DNA of 64,000 nucleotides from an uncultured bacterium (lineage in GTDB: Bacteria; Bacillota_I; Bacilli_A; RFN20; CAG-826): contig CASFCL010000003.1 in the NCBI GenBank assembly GCA_949293255.1, positions 10,042-74,041 on the forward strand, read 5' to 3'. Below are positions 1-9,422 of this stretch, one piece after another. The notes under the pieces were generated by a model. It saw nothing but the letters and a program-made list of their open reading frames with translations, searched no databases and was not told the origin of the DNA. Each line of letters opens with the position of its first letter. Position 1 is the first letter of the stretch. A program made the position numbers and the translations under genes.

Positions 1-515
1 CTACATCATATGAAATGATGAGTGGAAATGAATATTTACAGTTTATTGCAAGTTGTTATGGACTTACTCAAACTGCTTTTGAAAATAACTATAAATATTT
101 AGCTTTTAAATTCACAATGTCTGAAGAAGATTTAAATAGAAAAATTAAAGAATACTCTCATGGTATGAAGCAAAAGATTTGTTTAATGGCTTCTTTAATT
201 CATAATCCTAAAATTTGGATTTTAGATGAACCTACTGTTGGTCTTGATATTATGGTTTATGAAACATTAGTTTCAATGATTAAAGAATTTGCTAAAAACG
301 GTAGAACTGTCTTTATTACATCTCATAATATTGATATGGTCGCTGCTATTTGTGATCGTGTAGCAATTATAAATAACGGAAAAGTAGAAAGATTATATGA
401 TCTTAATCTTGATCCAATTAAAAGAAGAGATTTATCAAAGATTTTCTTTAAAATCTATAATGAAACAGTTCCTACTAATCCTATAAATAGTAGTAACCAA
501 AGTGTAAGAAGCTAA
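1..515 (+). CDS. ABC transporter ATP-binding subunit (EcsA-like), 5' partial
   Basis: Signature YSHGMKQK, Walker B ILDEP, H-loop TSHN; Walker A lies upstream of the window. Confidence 0.9.
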   Translation, partial: TSYEMMSGNEYLQFIASCYGLTQTAFENNYKYLAFKFTMSEEDLNRKIKEYSHGMKQKICLMASLIHNPKIWILDEPTVGLDIMVYETLVSMIKEFAKNGRTVFITSHNIDMVAAICDRVAIINNGKVERLYDLNLDPIKRRDLSKIFFKIYNETVPTNPINSSNQSVRS

Positions 516-546
516 AAATTAATAAAAAGAAAAAAAGAAAAAAATT

Positions 547-2163
547 ATGTTAATTGAATTAGTTAGAAAGGAAATTATCGAAAGTAAAGACGATAAGCCT
601 TCAAGAAAGGTTAATCTTTTAAGATGGGCTATTAAATTACTTGTTATAGCAGCTTTTATTGCTATAGAAGTTTTTGTCTACATTTCTTTAGATAATCAAC
701 TTATAGCTAATGCTTCAATTTCTTCTTCATTTGATTTTTTAATTACAATTTTATTTATAACCCTGTTAATCTCAATTATTTATACAACTTTAAAAGCTAG
801 AACTGTTTTATTTTCTAAAAATGATTATAGTGTTATAACTCCTCTTCCAGTCACTAGTGGAGAGATTGTATTTTCTAAAGTTAGCTATTTATATTTAAAA
901 CAAACTTTAATTAATATTTGTATATCTTCTCCAATTTTAATTACCTATTTTGTTTTAAGAGGATTTATGCCTCCATTTTATGTATTTGGTCTAGTTTATG
1001 GAGCACTTATTTCATTTTTTGGAGTTGGTATTAGTTTAATTTTTTCAATCGTAGTTGAATTTATATATAGATTATTAAAGTTAAGTGATATTGTTCAATT
1101 TGTTTGTGCTTCAGCTATTGTTATTTTACTATGCTATGCTTATCAATTTGTTTTAAATGCTTATTTAAGTGCCTTATCAACTAATGAAGGAACTGGAATG
1201 ATTTCATCTTCTTTAATTGAGATGATGAGAGGACTTGCTTCTTATTTATATCCTATTTATCCTTTAATTTATCCTCTTTGTGCAGCGTTTAATAATTTTG
1301 TTCCAGGAATCTTAATTTTTGCTTCATTATCATTTATTAGTGTACTAGTTGGATGTTTTGTTGCATCTATTTCTTATAAATTTATTCATTTAAGAAGCAA
1401 GGAAATTCAACTTAAAAAGAAAGGTAATAGACATGTTAAAGTGTTAGATCCTTTTAAAGCCTTACTTTATAAAGAGTTTGTCCTGTTATTTAAAGATAGT
1501 AGTTATACTTTCTCATATACTGCTTTACTTATCATGGCTCCATTTTTAAGTTTTGTCGTTATATCATCTTTAAATGTAATTATTTATAACAATTTAAAAA
1601 TGTTTGCAGTGTATTTCCCAGAACTTACAAATGGAATAAATATTTTACTTATTTTACTTTTTGTTGGAGTTATTAATTCTAGTGCAAGTATGTCAATATC
1701 TAGAGAAGGAAGAAGTGTACAAATCGTAAAATATTTACCTCTTAATCCTTTAAAACAAGTTGTTGCTAAAATTATTACTCCAATAGTCTTATCTTCTTTA
1801 TCTTTAATTATTTCTTTAAGTGTTTTAATTTCGACTGGAAATATCGATTACAAGGTATTTTTAGTTACTTTAGTGATTGGAGTTATTTTAATTATTGCTA
1901 CATCATATTATGGATTATATTTTGATATGCATGATAAGTCTCCAAATACTAAAAAGTTAGGATATTTAACTAATGTTATTTCAATTGGATTACCTTTATT
2001 TATTTTAATTATTCATTTTGTTTTAGCATTATCTATTCCTAACTTAGCTTGGTTAATGTATATATTAGAAATTATAGTTAGTGGATGTATACTTATTCCT
2101 ATCTTTATAAAACCTAAAGATAGATGGATAAAAGTATTTAGAAGAATGGAGGTTAATGGTTAA
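547..2163 (+). CDS. ABC transporter permease (multi-TM)
   Basis: Many hydrophobic segments, SISREG motif, follows the ABC ATPase. Confidence 0.8.
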   Translation: MLIELVRKEIIESKDDKPSRKVNLLRWAIKLLVIAAFIAIEVFVYISLDNQLIANASISSSFDFLITILFITLLISIIYTTLKARTVLFSKNDYSVITPLPVTSGEIVFSKVSYLYLKQTLINICISSPILITYFVLRGFMPPFYVFGLVYGALISFFGVGISLIFSIVVEFIYRLLKLSDIVQFVCASAIVILLCYAYQFVLNAYLSALSTNEGTGMISSSLIEMMRGLASYLYPIYPLIYPLCAAFNNFVPGILIFASLSFISVLVGCFVASISYKFIHLRSKEIQLKKKGNRHVKVLDPFKALLYKEFVLLFKDSSYTFSYTALLIMAPFLSFVVISSLNVIIYNNLKMFAVYFPELTNGINILLILLFVGVINSSASMSISREGRSVQIVKYLPLNPLKQVVAKIITPIVLSSLSLIISLSVLISTGNIDYKVFLVTLVIGVILIIATSYYGLYFDMHDKSPNTKKLGYLTNVISIGLPLFILIIHFVLALSIPNLAWLMYILEIIVSGCILIPIFIKPKDRWIKVFRRMEVNG

Positions 2164-4679
2164 TGAAAAAGAATAAAACTTTAGTAATCTTATTATTAAT
2201 TCCGTTTGTTATTGGTTTATTAACATTTGTTAGTGTTGTCGCTTTAACAAATAATTTTGCTTCATATATTGAATATATCATCTTTAATTATCAAGAAAAT
2301 GAAGGCTTTAGAACTAATAATGAATATCTTTTAGAAGCTGAAGGTCATCAAGCAAGAGAAGATTTAGAACTTGCTCCAGGAAATAATCTTGTTTGGGAGA
2401 TTGTAAGCTATGGAGAAAATAGTGAAGGATGTGCCGTAATTGAAGAAAAAGAAGAAGGTGAATTTTATTTAGTTACCAGCGATAAAGAAGGTGACTGTTT
2501 AGTTAGATGTAGAACAGAAAATAAACAAGTTAAAAGAGATTTTAGAGCTCATATTTATGATAACGCTTTAATTTTAATTAATCCTGTTGCTATAAGTAGT
2601 GGCTCGCAAATTGATGAAACTAGATATTATGGAGAATATGATGTTGATAGTAATAACACCTGTTCAAAAACTCCTGCCGAGGTAGCTTTAAATGTTAGTG
2701 TATTTGGAGAAGGAGAAGGTGGAGAGATTAGAGTAGGAAGTAACACTACAAGCAATGTTTCATTTAATTCATCAAGTAGTGTAATGACTTTTAATGGTTC
2801 AGGAAATGCAACTTTAGAGCTAGAAACTTACGTTAATTCTGTTAATATTTCAGCAACCTATTCATTTAATATCGTCTCGCAAGGTTATAACGTTTACGAT
2901 TATTTAGATTTACTTGCTTGTACAAATAGATCATCAAGTGGAGAGATTGTTTGTTTACAAACAAACCTTCAATCACTTGCAAATACTTATAGGGTAAATA
3001 GAGATGAGCAAGGAAAAGATACATATATTGAAGAACATATTAATAACAACACTAAATTATTTGGCATTTTTGATTTTGCTTCTCAATCATACGATTTTAG
3101 CGATTTAATTTATTATCAAGATCCAAAATTAGAAACTAAATTTATCGATCAATTCTTAGCTAGTGATAAAGTTGTTGCTGGATTTAATTATTCAACTCAA
3201 ATGAAAGTAGGAATTAGAGCTCAAAAAGATATTTATGGAAATGGATTTACCATTAATATGAATGATCTAGCTTATCCAAATCATGGTTATATTGATGCAA
3301 CAACTGGAAAAATGACTCCAGATAGAACTTTAGATTATTTCTTTGGACCATTAACATTTGTTTCAATTGGTGATATTGAAACAATGTCAGTTATTAGAGC
3401 ATATTTATGTGATAATGTTGGATTACTTTTAGATGGTGATAATATCATTTTAAATGATATAAAGGTAAGAAACGCAAATAACGTTGATAATATGTATAAT
3501 CTTACCTTTACAGGAACAGTCGTAGAAGTTCAAGGAGATAATGTTACAGTTAAAAATTCAATTATTGAAAATGGTAGAACATGTTTAAGAGCATTTAGTA
3601 CTGATAACTTATTAATTGATAATTGTTTACTTCAAAATGCTGCTGAATTTATCGTAAAGTTAGGTTCTAATCGAGTAAATTCAACAAATCATAATAAAGA
3701 AGTTACTGTTAGATATGGTTCAAATACCATCACAACTGATTTTGAAGATTTCTATAATTTAAGTGAAGATAGTACCAAAGTTAATGCTGATAATGTTTTA
3801 ACTGATTTATTCTGGGGAGCTCAAAATGGAGGCAACACTTATACTTCAACAGAAGTAATTAATGCCTTAAATGATATTCAAGAAGGATTAGATAATTATG
3901 ATGGTATTATAAACTCTGATGGTAGTGTCAATTATGATGCTCATATCACAATAAATGATTCATTATTTTATAATAGTGGAATTTATTCAATTGCTTTAGA
4001 ATCAGCATTTAATGGAGCTTATTTATATAATGGAATGCCAGGGTTAGTATCAATGCTAGCTGAAATATTTGGAATTTTACCAAATGATGTTGGAGGAACA
4101 TCTTTCCCAGTAGAGCTTAAAATTACAGGAGATACAAGATTCTATGATTATCAAAATATTGATTCTTTAGATATTACCGCTTTAATTGAAGAAAATTTCT
4201 CAACCTTTATTGGTCAAGTTGGAGGTGGTAGTAGCGGTGGTAGCTTAGATGATATTTTAGGAGATTTTTCAGGTATTAATATTGATTCTTTTTTCCCACT
4301 AAAAGCGATTATTAAAGATTACGCTATTCAAAATGGCCTGGCTTATAGAGTAAGTGAAGAAGATGGAACGACTTCATATTATGTTAATAGACCAATTGCA
4401 TGGTATGGAGGAGGCTATAATGCCAGCACAGTCCATTTTGAAACTACAAATGATTATTCTTATTCTGATGAAGTAATTGCTGATTTAACTAATGATATTA
4501 TTAATGGAATTCATGTTCCAGCAACTGGTGAATTACTTTCATATTCAACACTTGCTAAATGTGTCATTATGGCAATTGGTACTCATCCATTTAAGTTTAT
4601 TATGAATGGTAGATTAAGTGGAAGTGGTGAGCCAGAATATTTTAATGAGGTTCCAAATATTAGTTATTTAACTAATTAA
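2163..4679 (+). CDS. Membrane-anchored extracellular protein, probable Ig-like plus beta-helix regions
   Basis: N-terminal TM; DIYGNGFTI and NVTVKNSII-type beta-helix strands. Confidence 0.55.
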   Translation: MKKNKTLVILLLIPFVIGLLTFVSVVALTNNFASYIEYIIFNYQENEGFRTNNEYLLEAEGHQAREDLELAPGNNLVWEIVSYGENSEGCAVIEEKEEGEFYLVTSDKEGDCLVRCRTENKQVKRDFRAHIYDNALILINPVAISSGSQIDETRYYGEYDVDSNNTCSKTPAEVALNVSVFGEGEGGEIRVGSNTTSNVSFNSSSSVMTFNGSGNATLELETYVNSVNISATYSFNIVSQGYNVYDYLDLLACTNRSSSGEIVCLQTNLQSLANTYRVNRDEQGKDTYIEEHINNNTKLFGIFDFASQSYDFSDLIYYQDPKLETKFIDQFLASDKVVAGFNYSTQMKVGIRAQKDIYGNGFTINMNDLAYPNHGYIDATTGKMTPDRTLDYFFGPLTFVSIGDIETMSVIRAYLCDNVGLLLDGDNIILNDIKVRNANNVDNMYNLTFTGTVVEVQGDNVTVKNSIIENGRTCLRAFSTDNLLIDNCLLQNAAEFIVKLGSNRVNSTNHNKEVTVRYGSNTITTDFEDFYNLSEDSTKVNADNVLTDLFWGAQNGGNTYTSTEVINALNDIQEGLDNYDGIINSDGSVNYDAHITINDSLFYNSGIYSIALESAFNGAYLYNGMPGLVSMLAEIFGILPNDVGGTSFPVELKITGDTRFYDYQNIDSLDITALIEENFSTFIGQVGGGSSGGSLDDILGDFSGINIDSFFPLKAIIKDYAIQNGLAYRVSEEDGTTSYYVNRPIAWYGGGYNASTVHFETTNDYSYSDEVIADLTNDIINGIHVPATGELLSYSTLAKCVIMAIGTHPFKFIMNGRLSGSGEPEYFNEVPNISYLTN

Positions 4680-4699
4680 ATATATAGGAGATATAGGTT

Positions 4700-5860
4700 A
4701 TGAAAAAAGGTATGTTTAAAAGATTAGGTAAATGTTTATTATTAAGTAGTGCTTTAGTTTTTGGAAGCGTGTCACTAGCATCTTGTGATATGTTTTTTGG
4801 AAGCGATGGGACTGCAGTTTTAAATTATGAAGTAACTGTTGATGAAACAACTGGAGATACAACAGTTGTTGTTAGTTTTGTTGATGATTCAATGGAAGAT
4901 CTTACTTTTACAATCCCTGCTGATGCTTTAGATGGAGTTGGAATTGAAAGTATTATTCCTACATATAACGCCGAGGATTCTTCAATAATCTTAACAATTA
5001 CCTATACCGATTCTTCCTATCAAGATACCGTCATTACCGTTCCTGTTTTAAAAGGTGAAGATGGAGAAAATGGCGTTAGTGTCACTGGAGTAGAAGTTGG
5101 AAGTGATGAAAATGGAAATACCACAATTCAATTTACATATAGTGATGAAACAACAAGTGAATTAATTACCATTCCTAAAGGTATCGATGGAGTTGATGGA
5201 GTTGGAATTGCTGATATTGATGCTTTTACTTATCCAGAAGGAATGACTGAAGTTACAATTACTTATACCAATGAAGAAACAGAAACATTTTTCCTTCCAG
5301 GAGTAACTTCAATTGCTGATATTAGTTATGATCAAAGTTCATCAACTGAAACTGAATATGGATTAATTATTAATTTTACAGATGGAACAAGTACGTCAAT
5401 TACTCTTCCTAGACCTCAAGCAACTGAGTGGTTTTATGGAGCTCTTCCACCCTCAGATACTTTAGGAAGTGATGGAGATTTCTATTTAAATATTTCTAAT
5501 GGTGAAGTTTATACAAAAGCAAATGGAGTATGGGCAGCTATATTTTCTATTCAAGGTAGTGGAAGTAGTGCAAGCGTAAATAGATATTATGTTTCATTTG
5601 TTTTAAATGATGGTAGTGAAAGCTTTGTTGATCCAAATCCAGATGATAATATTACTTTTAGTGGAACTTCAATCTCTCAAAGAGTTGATGAAGGATATGT
5701 ATTTACTTTAGATGAAATACCTTTAGTAAGTAAAGAAGGATATACATTTGAAGGATGGTATACCACAGCTGATAATAATCCTAACGCTGGAAAATTAAGC
5801 GATATTACCCCTGTATTTTCAAATCTTACTTTATATCCTCGTTGGAGCCAAAACGCATAA
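4700..5860 (+). CDS. Lipoprotein with short collagen-like linkers and C-terminal InlB B-repeat-like domain
   Basis: Lipobox LASC; KGEDGENG and KGIDGVDG; KEGYTFEGWY...LYPRW. Confidence 0.7.
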   Translation: MKKGMFKRLGKCLLLSSALVFGSVSLASCDMFFGSDGTAVLNYEVTVDETTGDTTVVVSFVDDSMEDLTFTIPADALDGVGIESIIPTYNAEDSSIILTITYTDSSYQDTVITVPVLKGEDGENGVSVTGVEVGSDENGNTTIQFTYSDETTSELITIPKGIDGVDGVGIADIDAFTYPEGMTEVTITYTNEETETFFLPGVTSIADISYDQSSSTETEYGLIINFTDGTSTSITLPRPQATEWFYGALPPSDTLGSDGDFYLNISNGEVYTKANGVWAAIFSIQGSGSSASVNRYYVSFVLNDGSESFVDPNPDDNITFSGTSISQRVDEGYVFTLDEIPLVSKEGYTFEGWYTTADNNPNAGKLSDITPVFSNLTLYPRWSQNA

Positions 5861-5875
5861 AATAATTGATTTTAG

Positions 5876-5909
5876 AAGGGATTTTAATTCAAAAATCCCT
5901 TTTTATTTT
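5876..5909 (+). terminator. Rho-independent terminator
   Basis: aagggatttt/aaaatccctt stem followed by a T-tract. Confidence 0.8.
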
Positions 5910-6034
5910 GTTTTAAATTTAAATTTTATTCTACATTTATTTCACACTTTTACGAATTCATTTTTTTCTTGTTACTCATTACTTATTAAATTTAAGAAAC
6001 TTAAAAATTAAAAATTTAAACTTTTTAAAGTATT

Positions 6035-6078
6035 TTGGTAAGTTTTTGAAACTATTGGCATCTTGTTAGTAAGGAGGT
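6035..6078 (+). promoter_or_regulatory. Bipartite motif copy 1: GGTAA-N17-CATCTTGTTAGTA plus RBS AAGGAGGT
   Basis: Same motif and spacing at 20002 and 25159. Confidence 0.55.
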
Positions 6079-6084
6079 GATTTT

Positions 6085-7247
6085 CTCAACTATCAAGAAA
6101 CAGGAAATATAGAACTAAAAAGAAATTTAAATAAAGATTTTGTAAAGAAAGTTGTTGCTTTTTTAAATACTCATGATGGAACTATTTATATTGGCGTGGA
6201 TAATGATGGAGATATTATAGGCGTTGAAAATGTAGATATGTTAATGAGGCAAGTTTGTGACATTATTAGAGATCAAATCCTTCCTTCAACGGAAGCCTTG
6301 TGTGAAATTTCCTCTTTATTACAAGAAGATAAAACAATAATCTTGGTTAGAGTAAATAAAGGTAATAAGCTTTTTTATATAAAAAAGAAGGAAGAAGTGC
6401 AACAGGGTTTTTCATAGAGATGGAACATCGTCAGTCCCAATGAGTGAAGAAGAAATAGAAAGAAGATTTATATCCTCATTAACCTATAAAAGAACTCAAT
6501 TAAGTGAAATTTCTATTGCTAAAAATAATTTAGATTTCAGTATTTTAAAAGGAAAACTACACTCAAATAATATTCATATTAATGACGATACCTTTTTAAA
6601 CAATTTTTCTTTAATAACTAAAGATGAAAGATTCAACTTATTGGCAGAATTATTAGCAGATGAAAATAGGGTTTCATTAGCTATTTATGTATTTAAAGGT
6701 AAAGATAAAACAGATTATGTTATGAGAAATGAATATGGAAATAAATCACTAATACAGGCATATAAAGATGCTTTAAATTATTGTGAAGCTATAAATCCAA
6801 CATTTGTTGATGTCAACACAAGACCTCGCCAAGAAAAGAGAATGTTTGATAATAAAGCTTTTGAAGAAGCATGGATTAATGCATGTGTCCATAATTTATC
6901 GATACGCATATTTCACCGCAGATTTATATATCTGAGGATAGAATATAAATTGAGTCTCAAGGAGGGATACCATATGGATTAACTGAAAAAGATTTTTGTC
7001 TGGTATTTCTAAACCTGAAAATCCAGATTTAATGGATGTATTTAAGTCGTGTGGGATTACTGAGCACTCGGGTCACGGTGTTCCTGAAGTTGTAAAAGTA
7101 TATGGCGAAAAAGCATATAAATTTTCTACTAATACAATAACTGTAACCATACCATTTGATTTACAAAAATTTTATAAAAATGGCATAATGAATGGCATCA
7201 TAAATGATTATGTAAGTTCTTATTTTAAGGGTTATGAAATTAGTTAG
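6085..7247 (+). pseudogene. Fragmented AlbA_2/HATPase_c_4 (RecG C-terminal-like) ATP-binding regulator
   Basis: ETGNIELKR...VVAFLNTHDGTIYIGVDNDG, EAWINACVHN, GITEHSGHGV split across ORFs 6196-6417, 6440-6982 and 6996-7247; no start codon after the RBS. Confidence 0.8.
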
Positions 7248-7531
7248 ATTATTAAAATTGAGAAAGAGAAATTGGAGATTTAGAAGTGTTAGATTGTGGA
7301 TTTATTGGATTAATAAAACCATTTTGAATATATGTATTTACACAAAGTACAAATTGAATCTAAATAATTGACAACATTAAATTTAAAAGGCTTGATTGTA
7401 CTCTAATTTAATAATCTTAAAACCTAATAGATTAGATGAAGTTATAAATGATAACAATGAAGTCTAAAAAGATATTCTAACGACCATTGATGACTATAAT
7501 AGAAATTGCAAAACAAATATATTTAATTCTA

Positions 7532-7573
7532 TATCGGCAAAAAAAATATTAACATTATTTATTTTTGCCGATA
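7532..7573. promoter_or_regulatory. Inverted repeat, likely operator of the HTH-Fic gene
   Basis: tatcggcaaaaa...tttttgccgata directly upstream of the gene. Confidence 0.5.
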
Positions 7574-7590
7574 AATGATAATATATTTAT

Positions 7591-8484
7591 ATAAAATATT
7601 TATCATCAAAAGAAATAGCAAAATTATGGAATGTTTCAGAAAGATCGATTAGGAATTATTGTCTTAATAATCAAATTAATGATGCTTATAAAAAAGGGAG
7701 AAAATGGTATATTCCTATAGATGCAGTTAAACCATTAAGAATAAATAGTTCTTTAGAAAATAAGAATCCTTTATTAAAAAGATTATTAGAAGAAAAAAGG
7801 ATTAATTAAAAAGGTGGAATATATCATAAAACACAAATTCTTTTTGCTTATAATTCTAATCATATAGAAGGTAGTACATTAACAATTGAAGAAACACAAT
7901 ATATATTTGATGAAAATAAAATCATAAAAAGTGGAGCGATATATATTGATGATATTATTGAAACTGTTAATCATTTTAAATGTTTTGATTATATATTAGA
8001 TAATGCTAATAAAGATTTAACAGAATCATTTATTAAAAAACTTCATTCAATATTAAAAGAAAATACAAGTGATTCAAGATTAAGCTATTTTAAGGTAGGA
8101 GAATATAAAACTCTAGCTAATGAAGTTAATGGAATTGTTACTAGTGATCCAAAAGAAGTTAAAAAGGATATAACAAAATTTTTAAAAGAATATAAAGAAA
8201 AAGAAAATATAGGATTAAAAGATATTATTGATTTCCATTATAAATTTGAAAAGATTCATCCATTTCAAGATGGTAACGGTAGAGTAGGAAGACTCATCAT
8301 GTTTAAAGAATGTTTAAAAAATAATTTAACGCCATTTATTATTGATGATGAATTAAAGATTCCTTATTTAAGTGGAATAAAAAATTATAATGAAGAAAAA
8401 GAATTTTTAAGAGGAACCATAGAAGAAGCAGTAGATAAATATAAAAAGATTATTGATTATTTTGGGGTGAAAACAAATAATTAA
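7591..8484 (+). pseudogene. HTH-Fic family protein pseudogene
   Basis: KYLSSKEIAKLWNVSERSIRNYC (HTH), YNSNHIEGS, Fic motif HPFQDGNGRVGR; ATA at the expected start and in-frame TAA at 7807-7809. Confidence 0.85.
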
Positions 8485-8620
8485 AATCTTTGTTTGTTAG
8501 GTAAAACTTGTTTTATTGATTTAGGAATAATGTGAAATTATATTGAAAATGATTAATTAATAAATAAGTCAATTTATTATTAAATATATAGATAAAAATA
8601 TATAACGATAGTGGTGGTTT

Positions 8621-8646
8621 TTTAAGTATACATTTATGTACAAATC
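8621..8646 (+). promoter_or_regulatory. Putative recombination site 1 (hix-like 12-2-12)
   Basis: tttaaGTATACA-TT-TATGTACaaatc; homologous to 14259-14284 (-) and 15367-15392 (+). Confidence 0.55.
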
Positions 8647-8899
8647 TTGATTTTAAAAGGATATCCACTGCAAAAATGTATCAAAAAATAAAAATTCAAA
8701 ATATTGTTATTCTTGAAAATTTAGATGTATTTTTAGATTCTAATATTTGTTTTGAATGTTTAAATAATGTACTTCCATTGCTTCTTTCTTTAATATCTAT
8801 TTTTTGTGTTGGATATGCTGGATGGACATTATCAGGAACAGGAGTTTCTACTAGTGTTAATGCAAGTGTTGGGGATGTAATTGACACATCAAATTATAT
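8626..8899 (+). repeat. Left copy of long inverted repeat (partner 13978-14279)
   Basis: 8680-8770 is the exact reverse complement of 14150-14240 (91 bp); homology continues through the codons for SIFCVGYAGWTLSG..VSTSVNASVGDVIDTSNYI. Confidence 0.95.
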
Positions 8900-9422
8900 A
8901 TATTTTGATTCTACATACGGAAGCAATAACTCAGGTATTGATCCATTTTCATACGTTCAAGATAGTGCTGTAAATGGCTTTGTAGATGAAAACGGAATGG
9001 TCAATTCTAGTGCTGTGTTAAAATTTTATTTAATATTTGATTTTGGTAACTATTATTTTTATGATACATCTTTTAAAGACAATGGAGCTTTTAATTTTTA
9101 TTTATCATTGAGCTCAAATTCGTATTTGTCCTCAACATACTTAGATTCAGCCATTTTAAACTTAAATAATTCACAATATGCTAGTGGAAATTATGTAGGT
9201 TCTGCTCCTAGATTCAGTTTTAACGGCATAACAAATACAACTAATTTCTCTATTTTTAATTGCAATTTACAAGTAAGCAATATTCCTTCAAATTTTTCAC
9301 AATCTTATACCTTACGTTATAGATTAACATTTTCTCTTGTTTTTAATTTTAAATCTTCTATGGTTGAAGAAGTAATTTCAAATATTTCTAATTTTTCTCT
9401 TGCTTTGGGGGTTTATTTCTAA
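8676..9422 (+). CDS. Cassette 1 small exported subunit; native RBS/start deleted, possibly silent
   Basis: Paralog of 13503-14129 and 15411-16061 (VGYAGW...VGDVID). Confidence 0.65.
   Translation: MYQKIKIQNIVILENLDVFLDSNICFECLNNVLPLLLSLISIFCVGYAGWTLSGTGVSTSVNASVGDVIDTSNYIYFDSTYGSNNSGIDPFSYVQDSAVNGFVDENGMVNSSAVLKFYLIFDFGNYYFYDTSFKDNGAFNFYLSLSSNSYLSSTYLDSAILNLNNSQYASGNYVGSAPRFSFNGITNTTNFSIFNCNLQVSNIPSNFSQSYTLRYRLTFSLVFNFKSSMVEEVISNISNFSLALGVYF

Noticed and set aside
7591-8484. Stop-codon recoding or alternative genetic code
   Set aside because: Conserved genes read intact in code 11; in-frame stops are confined to genes that also have other lesions
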